A program made the translations under genes and the position numbers. From NCBI GenBank assembly GCA_040220415.1, contig JAVJUV010000119.1, positions 40,485 to 104,484 of the forward strand: a DNA stretch of 64,000 nt, given 5' to 3'. The notes below the pieces were generated by a model, which worked only from the letters and a program-made list of their open reading frames with translations, did no database searches and was not told the origin of the DNA. The DNA is from Silicimonas sp. (GTDB lineage: Bacteria; Pseudomonadota; Alphaproteobacteria; Rhodobacterales; Rhodobacteraceae). Of this stretch, positions 1-9,046 are shown piece by piece (position 1 is the stretch's first letter; each line of letters begins with the position of its first letter).

Positions 1-2
1 TC

Positions 3-671
3 GTCCTCCTCTGGACGTGGGCGCGTCCGCTGTCACTCATCGGGCTCGAGACGGGCGGTATCTGGGGCGGGGCCGCTCTGGCGACCGCTCTGATCTATCT
101 GACGATGGGCGCGCGAAAGGGAGCGCGGATGCTGCTGACGGTTCTGGCGGCCGTTTCAGTTCTGCTGCTTCTGATGATCCAGTTCGATGCTGTCTTCGAT
201 TTCGGCCGCTATCGCCCGGTCAACTGGCTGGTCACGCCGAATACCGGCTGGCCCTTCTTCTGGCTGGTCTTCGTCTTCACGTGGAGCCACATGGGCTTCT
301 ACATGCTGATCCTTCTGGCTGGGCTTCAGGCCATCCCGTCCGACCTTTACGAGGCGGCGAAGATGGACGCAACGAAGCCGGTGCGCGCGTTCTGGCGGAT
401 CACCTTGCCGCTGGTCATGCCGACACTGACCGTGGTGCTGGTCCTGAGCCTGATCCGCAGTTTCCAGATTTTCGACGAAGTCTATCTGTTGACCGGCGGC
501 GGACCGGGACGCGAGACTTTCATGGTGGTTCAGAACATCTACGAGGTCGCCTTCACGGCAAACTACCCGGATTATGGCCAGGCTGCTGCCGGTTCTGTGC
601 TGATGGCGGTGGTCATCGCCGTCTTCACCTTCTTCCAGCTCTGGATCACCCGCCGGCAGTCGGAGTTCTGA
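3..671 (+). CDS. Carbohydrate ABC transporter permease (MalF-like), 5' truncated by window edge
   Basis: EAA loop (LQAIPSDLYEAAKMDA) and hydrophobic TM segments; frame stays open upstream of ATG 105 to the window start. Confidence 0.9.
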   Translation, partial: VLLWTWARPLSLIGLETGGIWGGAALATALIYLTMGARKGARMLLTVLAAVSVLLLLMIQFDAVFDFGRYRPVNWLVTPNTGWPFFWLVFVFTWSHMGFYMLILLAGLQAIPSDLYEAAKMDATKPVRAFWRITLPLVMPTLTVVLVLSLIRSFQIFDEVYLLTGGGPGRETFMVVQNIYEVAFTANYPDYGQAAAGSVLMAVVIAVFTFFQLWITRRQSEF

Positions 672-672
672 G

Positions 673-1755
673 ATGAAACGCGTCGTCACCTTCCTGACCC
701 GTACGGCCGGCAACAAGGAAACCGCCGAGCGCTTCGGCATCGCCGATTTCCTGGCCTACAGCTATCTGGCCTTCGGAGTTCTCATAATCCTTGTTCCCGT
801 GCTCTGGACGTTTCTGTCCTCGATCAAACCCGAACGTGCGATTGACAGTTTCGACACACGACTCCTGCCGATCGCCCAGGTCGAGAAGGAGATCGAAGAC
901 GTCGGCGATAAGCAAATCTGGGTTCTGGAAGATGAAGACGGAACCACGCGCGAGGTCTTCAAGGCAGGGCCCACCCGCAGTGTCACCGACGTGGCGACGC
1001 TGGACGAACCGGACAGTGTTTTCGGCGTGCCGCGTGACGCGCTCTCGCCGTCCGAGGAAATCCGGATCGCCGCAGAAAACTACCTGGACCCGCTTCTGAA
1101 ACGGAACGGACAGGAAAGCTTCACCTTCGGGATCTACCTGTTCAACTCGGTTTTCGTGACGGTCATGGCAACCGTCATCACCCTGCTGATCAACGCGATG
1201 GCCGCTTTTGCCCTGTCGAAGTACAGGTTCCGGGGCAGGCTGACCTTCACCATCCTGATCATCGCGACGCTGCTGATCCCCTCTTCGATCATCCTTGTAT
1301 CGCTGTTCTTCGTTGTCTGGTCCTTCGGCATATTCGGTTCGCTATGGGGCGTCATCATCCCGGCAGCGGCAACGCCTACCGGCGTGTTCCTGCTACGCCA
1401 ATACATGTTGACGATTCCCGACGAGTTGCTCGAGGCCGCGCGGATGGACGCAGCCAGCGAATGGCGTATCTTCTGGCGGATCGTCATGCCGCTGTCGCTA
1501 CCTGCACTTTCGGTGCTGGCGATCCTGAGCGTCATCTGGCGCTGGAACGACTTCCTGTGGCCGCTGATCGTTCTGATCTCGGACCCGTCCAAACATACGA
1601 TTCAGCTGGGCCTTACCCAATACGCTGGTGAGTTCGATTCCGACTTCCACTATATCCTTGCGATGACGGTGGTCTCGCTTATCCCGATCACGCTGGTCTT
1701 CGTCTGGCTTCAGCGTTTCATCACGACCGGCATTGCAACAACGGGACTGAAATGA
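673..1755 (+). CDS. Carbohydrate ABC transporter permease (MalG-like) with enlarged periplasmic loop
   Basis: IPDELLEAARMDAAS EAA motif, WNDFLWPL motif. Confidence 0.92.
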   Translation: MKRVVTFLTRTAGNKETAERFGIADFLAYSYLAFGVLIILVPVLWTFLSSIKPERAIDSFDTRLLPIAQVEKEIEDVGDKQIWVLEDEDGTTREVFKAGPTRSVTDVATLDEPDSVFGVPRDALSPSEEIRIAAENYLDPLLKRNGQESFTFGIYLFNSVFVTVMATVITLLINAMAAFALSKYRFRGRLTFTILIIATLLIPSSIILVSLFFVVWSFGIFGSLWGVIIPAAATPTGVFLLRQYMLTIPDELLEAARMDAASEWRIFWRIVMPLSLPALSVLAILSVIWRWNDFLWPLIVLISDPSKHTIQLGLTQYAGEFDSDFHYILAMTVVSLIPITLVFVWLQRFITTGIATTGLK

Positions 1756-2828
1756 CGGAACACGCCCTTGAACTGAAACAGATCAGAAAGAGCTTTGGGC
1801 CAGTGGACGTGATCCACGGCGTGGATCTCCAGATCGGCGACGGCGAGTTCGTGGTCTTTGTCGGACCATCCGGTTGCGGAAAATCGACCCTGCTGCGCCT
1901 GATCGCCGGTCTGGACGACCCCACCAGCGGCGACATCCTTTTGAAGGGAAAGCGCGTGAACAACGTGCCGGCATCCGAACGCGGGCTGTCGATGGTGTTT
2001 CAGTCCTACGCGCTCTATCCCCACATGAGCGTTCGGCAGAATCTGTCCTTCGGCCTCGAGAACATGCGGATGCCGAAAGACGATATCGCCGACCGCGTCG
2101 ATAACGCGGCGAAGCTCTTGCAGATCGATCAGCTTCTGGAACGGCGACCCGGCCAGCTGTCCGGCGGGCAACGTCAACGGGTGGCGATCGGGCGGGCGAT
2201 TGTCCGCGAGCCAATCATATTTCTCTTCGACGAGCCTCTCTCGAATCTCGACGCCGAGTTGCGGCTTCAGATGCGGGTCGAGATATCGAACCTGCACGCC
2301 GAACTCGGCAATACCATGATCTACGTGACGCACGACCAGATCGAGGCCATGACAATGGCCGACCGCATCGTCGTCCTCCGAGGCGGTCGGGTCGAGCAGA
2401 TCGGCAAGCCGCTCGACCTCTACAACAACCCGGCTAACAAGTTCGTTGCCGGTTTCATTGGTGCACCGCAGATGAATTTTCTTGAGGGACATATTTCAGG
2501 GAAGACGCTGAAGCTGGTCTCCGGCATGACTCGCGAGGTGCCCCTCGCCCAATCCGCCGACATGCCGGTGACCCTTGGCGTACGCCCCGAGACTATCGAT
2601 GTCTCCCTCGACGGCCACGGCGACATGCAGATCAAGGTGCAGAATTTCGAGCAACTCGGCTCGGTTACCTACATCTATGGCGCGTTTCCAAATGGCGAAC
2701 GCTTGACGGTACAACTTGCGCAGCAGATACCATTGGAGCGTGGGCAGATGGTAGGCGTGACGTTGAACACCCGGAACTTTCATATCTTCGGCGGAGACAG
2801 CGAGCGGGCGCTGCCCATGGCGGGTTGA
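1752..2828 (+). CDS. Sugar ABC transporter ATP-binding protein (MalK/UgpC family)
   Basis: Walker A GPSGCGKS, VFQSYALYPHM, LSGGQRQRVA, DEPLSNLDA; ATGA overlap with upstream stop. Confidence 0.95.
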   Translation: MTEHALELKQIRKSFGPVDVIHGVDLQIGDGEFVVFVGPSGCGKSTLLRLIAGLDDPTSGDILLKGKRVNNVPASERGLSMVFQSYALYPHMSVRQNLSFGLENMRMPKDDIADRVDNAAKLLQIDQLLERRPGQLSGGQRQRVAIGRAIVREPIIFLFDEPLSNLDAELRLQMRVEISNLHAELGNTMIYVTHDQIEAMTMADRIVVLRGGRVEQIGKPLDLYNNPANKFVAGFIGAPQMNFLEGHISGKTLKLVSGMTREVPLAQSADMPVTLGVRPETIDVSLDGHGDMQIKVQNFEQLGSVTYIYGAFPNGERLTVQLAQQIPLERGQMVGVTLNTRNFHIFGGDSERALPMAG

Positions 2829-3859
2829 TGCGCGCCGCTCTCATCGGTCTGGGAATGGTTTCATCGACCTATGGCGATGCATTCCGGAATTCTGACAAGG
2901 TCCGGCTTGGCAAGGTGTTTGCTCGCAGTCCCGATAGCCGAGCGGCATTTCTTGAGAAATTTCCCGATCTGGGCGCTGCGACTGCGGAAAGTATCGAGGA
3001 GATCGCCAACGATCCCGACATAGATTTCGCAATTCTGACGACCCCGCCCAATGCCCGGATCGACCCGATTCATACACTCGTCGAGGCTGGCAAGCCGGTT
3101 CTGATGGAGAAGCCCATCGAGCGGACTTTCAAGGCCGCGACCGTGGTAGTGGAGTATTGCGAAACCAAAGGCGTGCCGCTTGGGATCGTGCTGCAGCACC
3201 GGGCGCGTCCGGTGGTTGGCGAACTCCTGGACCGGATGCCGGAACTCGGCGCCCTTCTCGCAATCGAAGTCAACGTTCCCTGGTGGAGGCCGCAGTCTTA
3301 CTATGACGAACCGGGCCGTGGCACCTATCAGCGCGACGGCGGCGGGGTGCTGATTTCTCAGGCGATCCACACGATGGACCTGATGCTGTCTCTGACCGGC
3401 CCGGTTTCCGAAGTCACGGCGATGTGCGCCAGAACCGGCCTGCACGACATGGAAGCCGAGGATTTCGTGGTGGCCGGCCTGGTATTCGAGAACGGCGCGG
3501 TCGGTCAGTTGTTCGCAACGACGGCCAGCTATCCGGGCAGCGGCGAGACGATCACGTTGCACTTCCGCGAGGGCTCGGCGCGGCTGGAAGCGGGCATGTT
3601 GCGGATCGACCGGCGCGACGGCACGTCCGAAACAGTCGGGCAAGCGGCAAGTTCGGGCGGCGGGGCCGACCCGATGGCTTTCACCAGCGACTGGCATCGC
3701 AGCATCATCGAAGATTTTGCCGATGCGCTTGCCAGGGGCCGGTCGCCTCTTGTGACAGGACGTGCGGCATTGGACGTGCATCGGTTGATCGACGCCATCG
3801 AGAGGTCCGCAGCCCAGGGCGAGCGCATTTCGCTCAAGGAGTTTTCGGATGGGCTTTAA
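2828..3859 (+). CDS. Gfo/Idh/MocA family NAD(P)-dependent oxidoreductase
   Basis: N-terminal IGLGMV Rossmann motif, MEKP motif, GGGVLISQAIHTMD; TGATG overlap. Confidence 0.9.
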   Translation: MRAALIGLGMVSSTYGDAFRNSDKVRLGKVFARSPDSRAAFLEKFPDLGAATAESIEEIANDPDIDFAILTTPPNARIDPIHTLVEAGKPVLMEKPIERTFKAATVVVEYCETKGVPLGIVLQHRARPVVGELLDRMPELGALLAIEVNVPWWRPQSYYDEPGRGTYQRDGGGVLISQAIHTMDLMLSLTGPVSEVTAMCARTGLHDMEAEDFVVAGLVFENGAVGQLFATTASYPGSGETITLHFREGSARLEAGMLRIDRRDGTSETVGQAASSGGGADPMAFTSDWHRSIIEDFADALARGRSPLVTGRAALDVHRLIDAIERSAAQGERISLKEFSDGL

Positions 3860-4853
3860 GGTCGGCGTTATCGGTATCGACCATGGGCACATCTTCGGGA
3901 TGCTCGGCAACATGAAGGCGCAGGGGTGTTACTGCGACGCCTACTGGACGGACGGTCCGGCCGTCACCGAGACGAAGTTCAACGAAGTATTCCCCGAGGT
4001 CGCCAAGATCGATGACAGGCGGCGCATCCTGGACGATGCCGAGGTCTCGATGATCCTGATTTCGGCGGTGCCTGCCGACCGTGCAAGTCTCGCGATCGAG
4101 GCGATGCGAGCGGGCAAGGACGTGATGGTCGACAAACCCGGCTGCACGACACTGGCACAACTGGACGAGATTCGACGCGTCCAGAAGGAAACCGGCCGAA
4201 TCTGGACGGTGAACTTTTCGGAACGCTTCGAGGTGCCTGCGGTCACGCGCGCGAGCGAATTGGTCGAGTCCGGCGCAATCGGTCGGGTGATCCAGACAGT
4301 CGGGCTTGGTCCTCACAAGCAGAACCTGAAGACACGGCCGGACTGGTTCTTCCAGCGTGAGCGGTTCGGCGGCATCCTTTGCGACATCGGAAGCCACCAG
4401 ATCGACCAATTCCTGCATTTCACCGGATCTGATACCGCAACGGTCGAGCACGCCCTGGTCGAAAACACGACAATGCCAGACCACCCCGGATTCCAGGATT
4501 TCGGCGAGATGGTGCTGCGGTCCGACAAGGGCCATTGCTATGTGCGCGTCGACTGGTTCACGCCCGATGGTCTGCCCACATGGGGTGACGGGCGCCTGTT
4601 CATCCAGGGAACCGAAGGGTTCATCGAGTTGCGGAAGTACACCGATATAGGCCGGCCTCACGTGACCAATTCACTGTTCCTCGTGAACGGTGAACGGAAC
4701 GAATTGATCCCGAGCGACGATGCAGGCCTGCCATATTTCCCGCGCCTTGTCGCAGATGTGCAGGATCGCACGGAAACCGCCGTGGGCCAAAGGCACACAT
4801 TCACCACCATGGAGCTTGCGATAGGTGCCCAGATGAAGGCCGAAAGTGCATGA
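3849..4853 (+). CDS. Gfo/Idh/MocA family oxidoreductase (YteT-like)
   Basis: GIDHGHIFGM, VDKPG, GGILCDIGSHQID, RVDWFTPDGL motifs. Confidence 0.88.
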   Translation: MGFKVGVIGIDHGHIFGMLGNMKAQGCYCDAYWTDGPAVTETKFNEVFPEVAKIDDRRRILDDAEVSMILISAVPADRASLAIEAMRAGKDVMVDKPGCTTLAQLDEIRRVQKETGRIWTVNFSERFEVPAVTRASELVESGAIGRVIQTVGLGPHKQNLKTRPDWFFQRERFGGILCDIGSHQIDQFLHFTGSDTATVEHALVENTTMPDHPGFQDFGEMVLRSDKGHCYVRVDWFTPDGLPTWGDGRLFIQGTEGFIELRKYTDIGRPHVTNSLFLVNGERNELIPSDDAGLPYFPRLVADVQDRTETAVGQRHTFTTMELAIGAQMKAESA

Positions 4854-5908
4854 TCCATACCGTTTCGATCGTTGGCGCCGGGATCGGCGCGCAGCACATG
4901 GCGGGCTACGCCGCGTTGCCGGAAAGGTATCGCGTCAAGAGCATCTGCGATCTGGACGAAACGCGCGGACGCGCGCTGGCAAAGCAGTATGACGGCATCG
5001 GATATACCGGCAATCTGGAAGCGGTTCTGGCTGATCCCGAGATAGAAATCGTCGACATCTGCCTTCCGCCGCACCTGCACTTCGGTTCCTGCATCGCAGC
5101 TCTGGACGCCGGAAAAAAGGTGGTCTGCGAAAAGCCCTTGGTCAGTTCACTGTTCGAGGCCGATCTGCTGGCCGCGAAGGTACGCGAGACGGACGGGTTT
5201 CTGTCGCCCGTATTTCAGTACCGTTACGGTCTGGGTGCCGCGCAACTCCAGGCGCTGATCGACGCGGACCTTGCGGGAAGGTGCTATGCCGGAACGCTGG
5301 AAACCCATTGGGACAGGCCCGCAAGTTACTACGAAATCGACTGGCGGGGCACATGGGCCGGGGAACAGGGTGGTGCGATCCTTGGGCACGCGATCCATAT
5401 CCATGACCTTCTGCCAACCTTTCTCGGTCCCGTTGCGCGCGTCTTCGCGGACGTGGCGACGCGGGTGAACGATATCGAGGTCGAAGATTGCGCCGCGCTT
5501 TCGATCCGGATGGAATCGGGTGCCCTGATCACCTCATCCGTCACCCTGGGATGCGCCGAGAACATCAGCCGCATGCGCCTGATGTTCGAAGGTTTCACCG
5601 TTGAGTCCGACCACGCACCCTACGCTCTGGCCGAAAAGGGCTGGCGGTTCGTGGCGCGCGCGCCGACGACGCAGGTTCAGATCGACGATGTACTGGCCAC
5701 AGTCACCGAGGTACCGACAGGATATGCGGGAATGTTTGCCGCGCTGGCGGACGCCCTGGAAGGCAACGGAGGTCGCGAGGTGACCCTTGAAGCCGGCCGG
5801 CGTTCGCTGGAATTCGTCACCGCCGTCTACGCCTCGGCCCGCTCGGGCCAGCCGCAGAAGCTGCCTATCGGAGCGGACCATCCGATGTACGACACCTGGC
5901 TGCCGTGA
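4850..5908 (+). CDS. Gfo/Idh/MocA family oxidoreductase
   Basis: IVGAGIG, CEKP, GGAILGHAIHIHD. Confidence 0.9.
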   Translation: MIHTVSIVGAGIGAQHMAGYAALPERYRVKSICDLDETRGRALAKQYDGIGYTGNLEAVLADPEIEIVDICLPPHLHFGSCIAALDAGKKVVCEKPLVSSLFEADLLAAKVRETDGFLSPVFQYRYGLGAAQLQALIDADLAGRCYAGTLETHWDRPASYYEIDWRGTWAGEQGGAILGHAIHIHDLLPTFLGPVARVFADVATRVNDIEVEDCAALSIRMESGALITSSVTLGCAENISRMRLMFEGFTVESDHAPYALAEKGWRFVARAPTTQVQIDDVLATVTEVPTGYAGMFAALADALEGNGGREVTLEAGRRSLEFVTAVYASARSGQPQKLPIGADHPMYDTWLP

Positions 5909-7032
5909 CCGACCTGTCCTCGGTGTGGGCCGGTCCATTCGATCTGCCGCCCCTGGGAGACATCTCAGATCTGCCAACACGCCAGACCGACTGGCGGCAC
6001 GCCTTCGAGCGGCATCTGTTCGGTCCGATGCCTGTTCCACCTTCTTCGGTCACGATCCGGCGCGAACCGTTGGACGCGAACGCTGCCGAGCGGCTGGTTA
6101 TCAGCGTCGCTGCGGCGCATCAGGAGTTCACCGTGGACGCCGCCTTGTGGTTGCCCGAGGATCGCGGCGCCCCATCCCCGCTGATTTGCGGGCTGGATTT
6201 CACCGGCCCCGCCGGTGTCATGACCACGGACGACTTTCCCCTGGATCGGAAAGCCCGCGTCTATTCGCGTCCCACCTACGGAGCGACAGAGGGCAGACTG
6301 GAAGAAGTGCTTCGCGGCACGGCAGCCTATCGCTGGCCGATAGAGACGATGCTAAAGCGCGGCTATGCGGTAATTGTCAGCTGTTACGGATCATGGACAC
6401 CCGACGACGCCTTGCTCTGGCGATCACGCGGCATCGCCAATTGCACCGGCGATACCGAATCCGGCGCGATTTCCTGCTGGGCCTGGGCTCTCAGCCGATT
6501 GATAGACGCAGCCGGGCTACTGCCGGAAGTGGATGCTGCTGGCGTGGCAGTGGCAGGACATTCGCGGCTGGGCAAGGCGGCGCTCTGGGCCGCCGCATGG
6601 GACGCGCGGATCAGCGCCGTTCTGGCGAACAATTCGGGGTGCGCCGGTGCGGCACCGGCACGACATGCCAGGGGCGAGACGCTCGAGCAGATGGCAGCAC
6701 GCTTTCCGCACTGGCTGCGGCCCGACGCGAAACCGGACCTGCCGCCGATCGACCAGCACCAGCTGATCGCCCTGGCCGCACCGCGAGCGGTCTATGTGGC
6801 CAGCGCCGAAGACGATGCCTGGGCCGACCCGATAGGCAGCTACGAGGCGCTTCGGATTGCGTCGGCCGCCTGGGGAGACGCGCCTGAAAGTTGGGCCAGC
6901 GCGGAAGAGATGTGGTCCGGATGTCGCCAGCAGATACATGGAAAGCTGGGGCACCACATCAGGCCGGGCGGGCACGACCTGCTGCCCTACGACTGGCGGC
7001 GGTTCCTTGATTTCATCGACGGACTGCCGTAG
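5905..7032 (+). CDS. Carbohydrate esterase family 15 (glucuronoyl esterase-like alpha/beta hydrolase), no signal peptide
   Basis: GAISCWAWALSR, nucleophile GHSRLGK, NNSGCAG, GETL, FPHW, DQHQLIALAAPR, EDDAWADP, GGHD; GTGA overlap. Confidence 0.82.
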   Translation: MTDLSSVWAGPFDLPPLGDISDLPTRQTDWRHAFERHLFGPMPVPPSSVTIRREPLDANAAERLVISVAAAHQEFTVDAALWLPEDRGAPSPLICGLDFTGPAGVMTTDDFPLDRKARVYSRPTYGATEGRLEEVLRGTAAYRWPIETMLKRGYAVIVSCYGSWTPDDALLWRSRGIANCTGDTESGAISCWAWALSRLIDAAGLLPEVDAAGVAVAGHSRLGKAALWAAAWDARISAVLANNSGCAGAAPARHARGETLEQMAARFPHWLRPDAKPDLPPIDQHQLIALAAPRAVYVASAEDDAWADPIGSYEALRIASAAWGDAPESWASAEEMWSGCRQQIHGKLGHHIRPGGHDLLPYDWRRFLDFIDGLP

Positions 7033-7129
7033 CCGGCCAGCTTGCGCTTTCTCCGTTGACCTATCCGGGGTATGCCAAGGGTCAAACACCCGACGCGCAG
7101 GGATCCGCGAGCAATTCAAAGGTATCGTG

Positions 7130-9022
7130 ATGAAAACCGGGATCGCCACCGTATCCATTTCCGGCACGCTAGACGACAAGATCGATGCCATCGCCCAAGC
7201 CGGATACTCGGGCATCGAGATCTTCGAACAGGACTTCGTCGCCGACATCCGAAACCCGCGTGAAGTGGGTGACAGGATACGGGACGCTGGACTGGAACTG
7301 TTGTTGTTTCAGCCATTCCGGGATTTCGAAGGACTGCCTGCCACTCTTCGCGCAAAGGCATTCGACCGGGCAGAGCGGAAATTCGACCTGATGCAGGAGC
7401 TTGGGACCGACCTGATGCTCGTCTGTTCTTCCGTGCACCCCGAGGCGCTCGGAGGGGTCGATCGCGCGGCCGACGACTTTGCCGAACTGGGCGAGCGCGC
7501 GGCGGCCCGCGGTCTGCGTGTCGGATTCGAAGCCCTGGCCTGGGGACGCCATGTGAACGATCACCGCGACGCATGGGAGATCGTTCGCCGCGCAGATCAT
7601 TCGAATGTCGGTGTGATTCTCGACAGCTTCCACACTCTGGCGCGCAAATCCGATCCGGATACGATCCGCAGCATTCCCGGTGACCGGATCTTTTTCGTGC
7701 AGCTCGCCGATGCACCAAGTATCGACATGGACCTGCTGTACTGGTCCCGCCACTTTCGCAACATGCCGGGAGAAGGCGATCTCGACGTCGTTGGCTTCAT
7801 GCGGGCCGTGATGGCGACGGGCTATGACGGTCCGGTCAGCCTGGAAATCTTCAACGATCAGTTCCGTGGCGGTCAGGCCCGGACAATCGCACATGACGGC
7901 TATTGCTCGATCATCAACCTGATCGATGAGGTAAGACGACAGGAACCGGAAACAGGAATAGACCTGCCGGCCATTCCCGCGCGTCAACGTGTCGAGGGTA
8001 CCGAGTTCATAGAGTTCGCGTCGCGCGGGGACGAGCAGAAGCGCCTGGAGGCGCAGTTGCAAGGCCTGGGGTTTACCGAAACCCGGCGGCACATTTCCAA
8101 GAACCTGTCGTTGTGGGAGCAGGGCGCGATACGCTTTGTCCTGAACGCAGAGCGCGAAGGGCATGCTGCAAAGTCGTTCAATGTCCGCGGCACCAACGTC
8201 TGTGACATCGGACTCCATGTCCGCTCGGCGGCCGATGCGATTTCCCGTGCGATTGCCCTCGGAACCGAGACGTTCGATCAGCAACCGGGACCGGGAGAAC
8301 TCAACATCCCGGCCATCCGGGGTCTGGGCGGCAGCGTTCTGCATTTCATCGACGAGACGAGCGGTCTGGCAGATGTCTGGAATATCGAATTCACCCCTGT
8401 GAACGGGAATTTGCCTGCATCGGGCGTGGGTCTGGTCGCAGTGGACCATATCGCCCAGACAATGACCTATGACGAGATGCTGTCCTGGTCGCTGTTCTAT
8501 ACAACTCATTTCGACATGCAGAAGGCGCCGATGGTCGATGTCGTCGACCCTGACGGTCTGGTGCGCAGCCAGGCGGTGGCGACATCGGACGGGCGGTTCC
8601 GGATCACACTCAACGGTGCCGAAACGCATAGAACGCTGGCAGGCGGTTTCTTGGCTGAAAGCTTCGGCGCTTCGGTCCAGCACATCGCTTTCGCGACCAA
8701 CGACATTTTCGCTACCGCTTCAGCCATTGCAGAGAACGGGTTCCGTCCCCTGCCCATGCCGGAAAACTACTATTCCGACCTGGAGGCACGGTTCGATCTG
8801 CCTGCCGGACTTCTCGATCGGATGCGCTCTCTCGATATCCTTTATGACCGGGATGGAAGTGGCGAATTCTTCCAGTTCTATTCCACGCCCTTCGCCGGGG
8901 GCCAGTTCTTCGAAGTCATCGAACGGCGCGGCGGTTACGACGGATATGGCGCGGCCAACGCACCTTTCCGTATCGCCGCACAGAAACGGCTGATGCGGCC
9001 CAAGGGCATGCCCCATGTGTGA
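7130..9022 (+). CDS. quiC: 3-dehydroshikimate dehydratase, QuiC1-type (TIM-barrel + HPPD/VOC fusion)
   Basis: MKTGIATVSISG start, FQPFRDFEG, EALAWG, LDSFH, WSRHFRNMPG, SLEIFNDQFR; C-terminal HPPD-like DHIA/VQHIAF/FFEVIER. Confidence 0.85.
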   Translation: MKTGIATVSISGTLDDKIDAIAQAGYSGIEIFEQDFVADIRNPREVGDRIRDAGLELLLFQPFRDFEGLPATLRAKAFDRAERKFDLMQELGTDLMLVCSSVHPEALGGVDRAADDFAELGERAAARGLRVGFEALAWGRHVNDHRDAWEIVRRADHSNVGVILDSFHTLARKSDPDTIRSIPGDRIFFVQLADAPSIDMDLLYWSRHFRNMPGEGDLDVVGFMRAVMATGYDGPVSLEIFNDQFRGGQARTIAHDGYCSIINLIDEVRRQEPETGIDLPAIPARQRVEGTEFIEFASRGDEQKRLEAQLQGLGFTETRRHISKNLSLWEQGAIRFVLNAEREGHAAKSFNVRGTNVCDIGLHVRSAADAISRAIALGTETFDQQPGPGELNIPAIRGLGGSVLHFIDETSGLADVWNIEFTPVNGNLPASGVGLVAVDHIAQTMTYDEMLSWSLFYTTHFDMQKAPMVDVVDPDGLVRSQAVATSDGRFRITLNGAETHRTLAGGFLAESFGASVQHIAFATNDIFATASAIAENGFRPLPMPENYYSDLEARFDLPAGLLDRMRSLDILYDRDGSGEFFQFYSTPFAGGQFFEVIERRGGYDGYGAANAPFRIAAQKRLMRPKGMPHV

Positions 9023-9046
9023 CGGACTTTCCCGGCAGCCACATCA

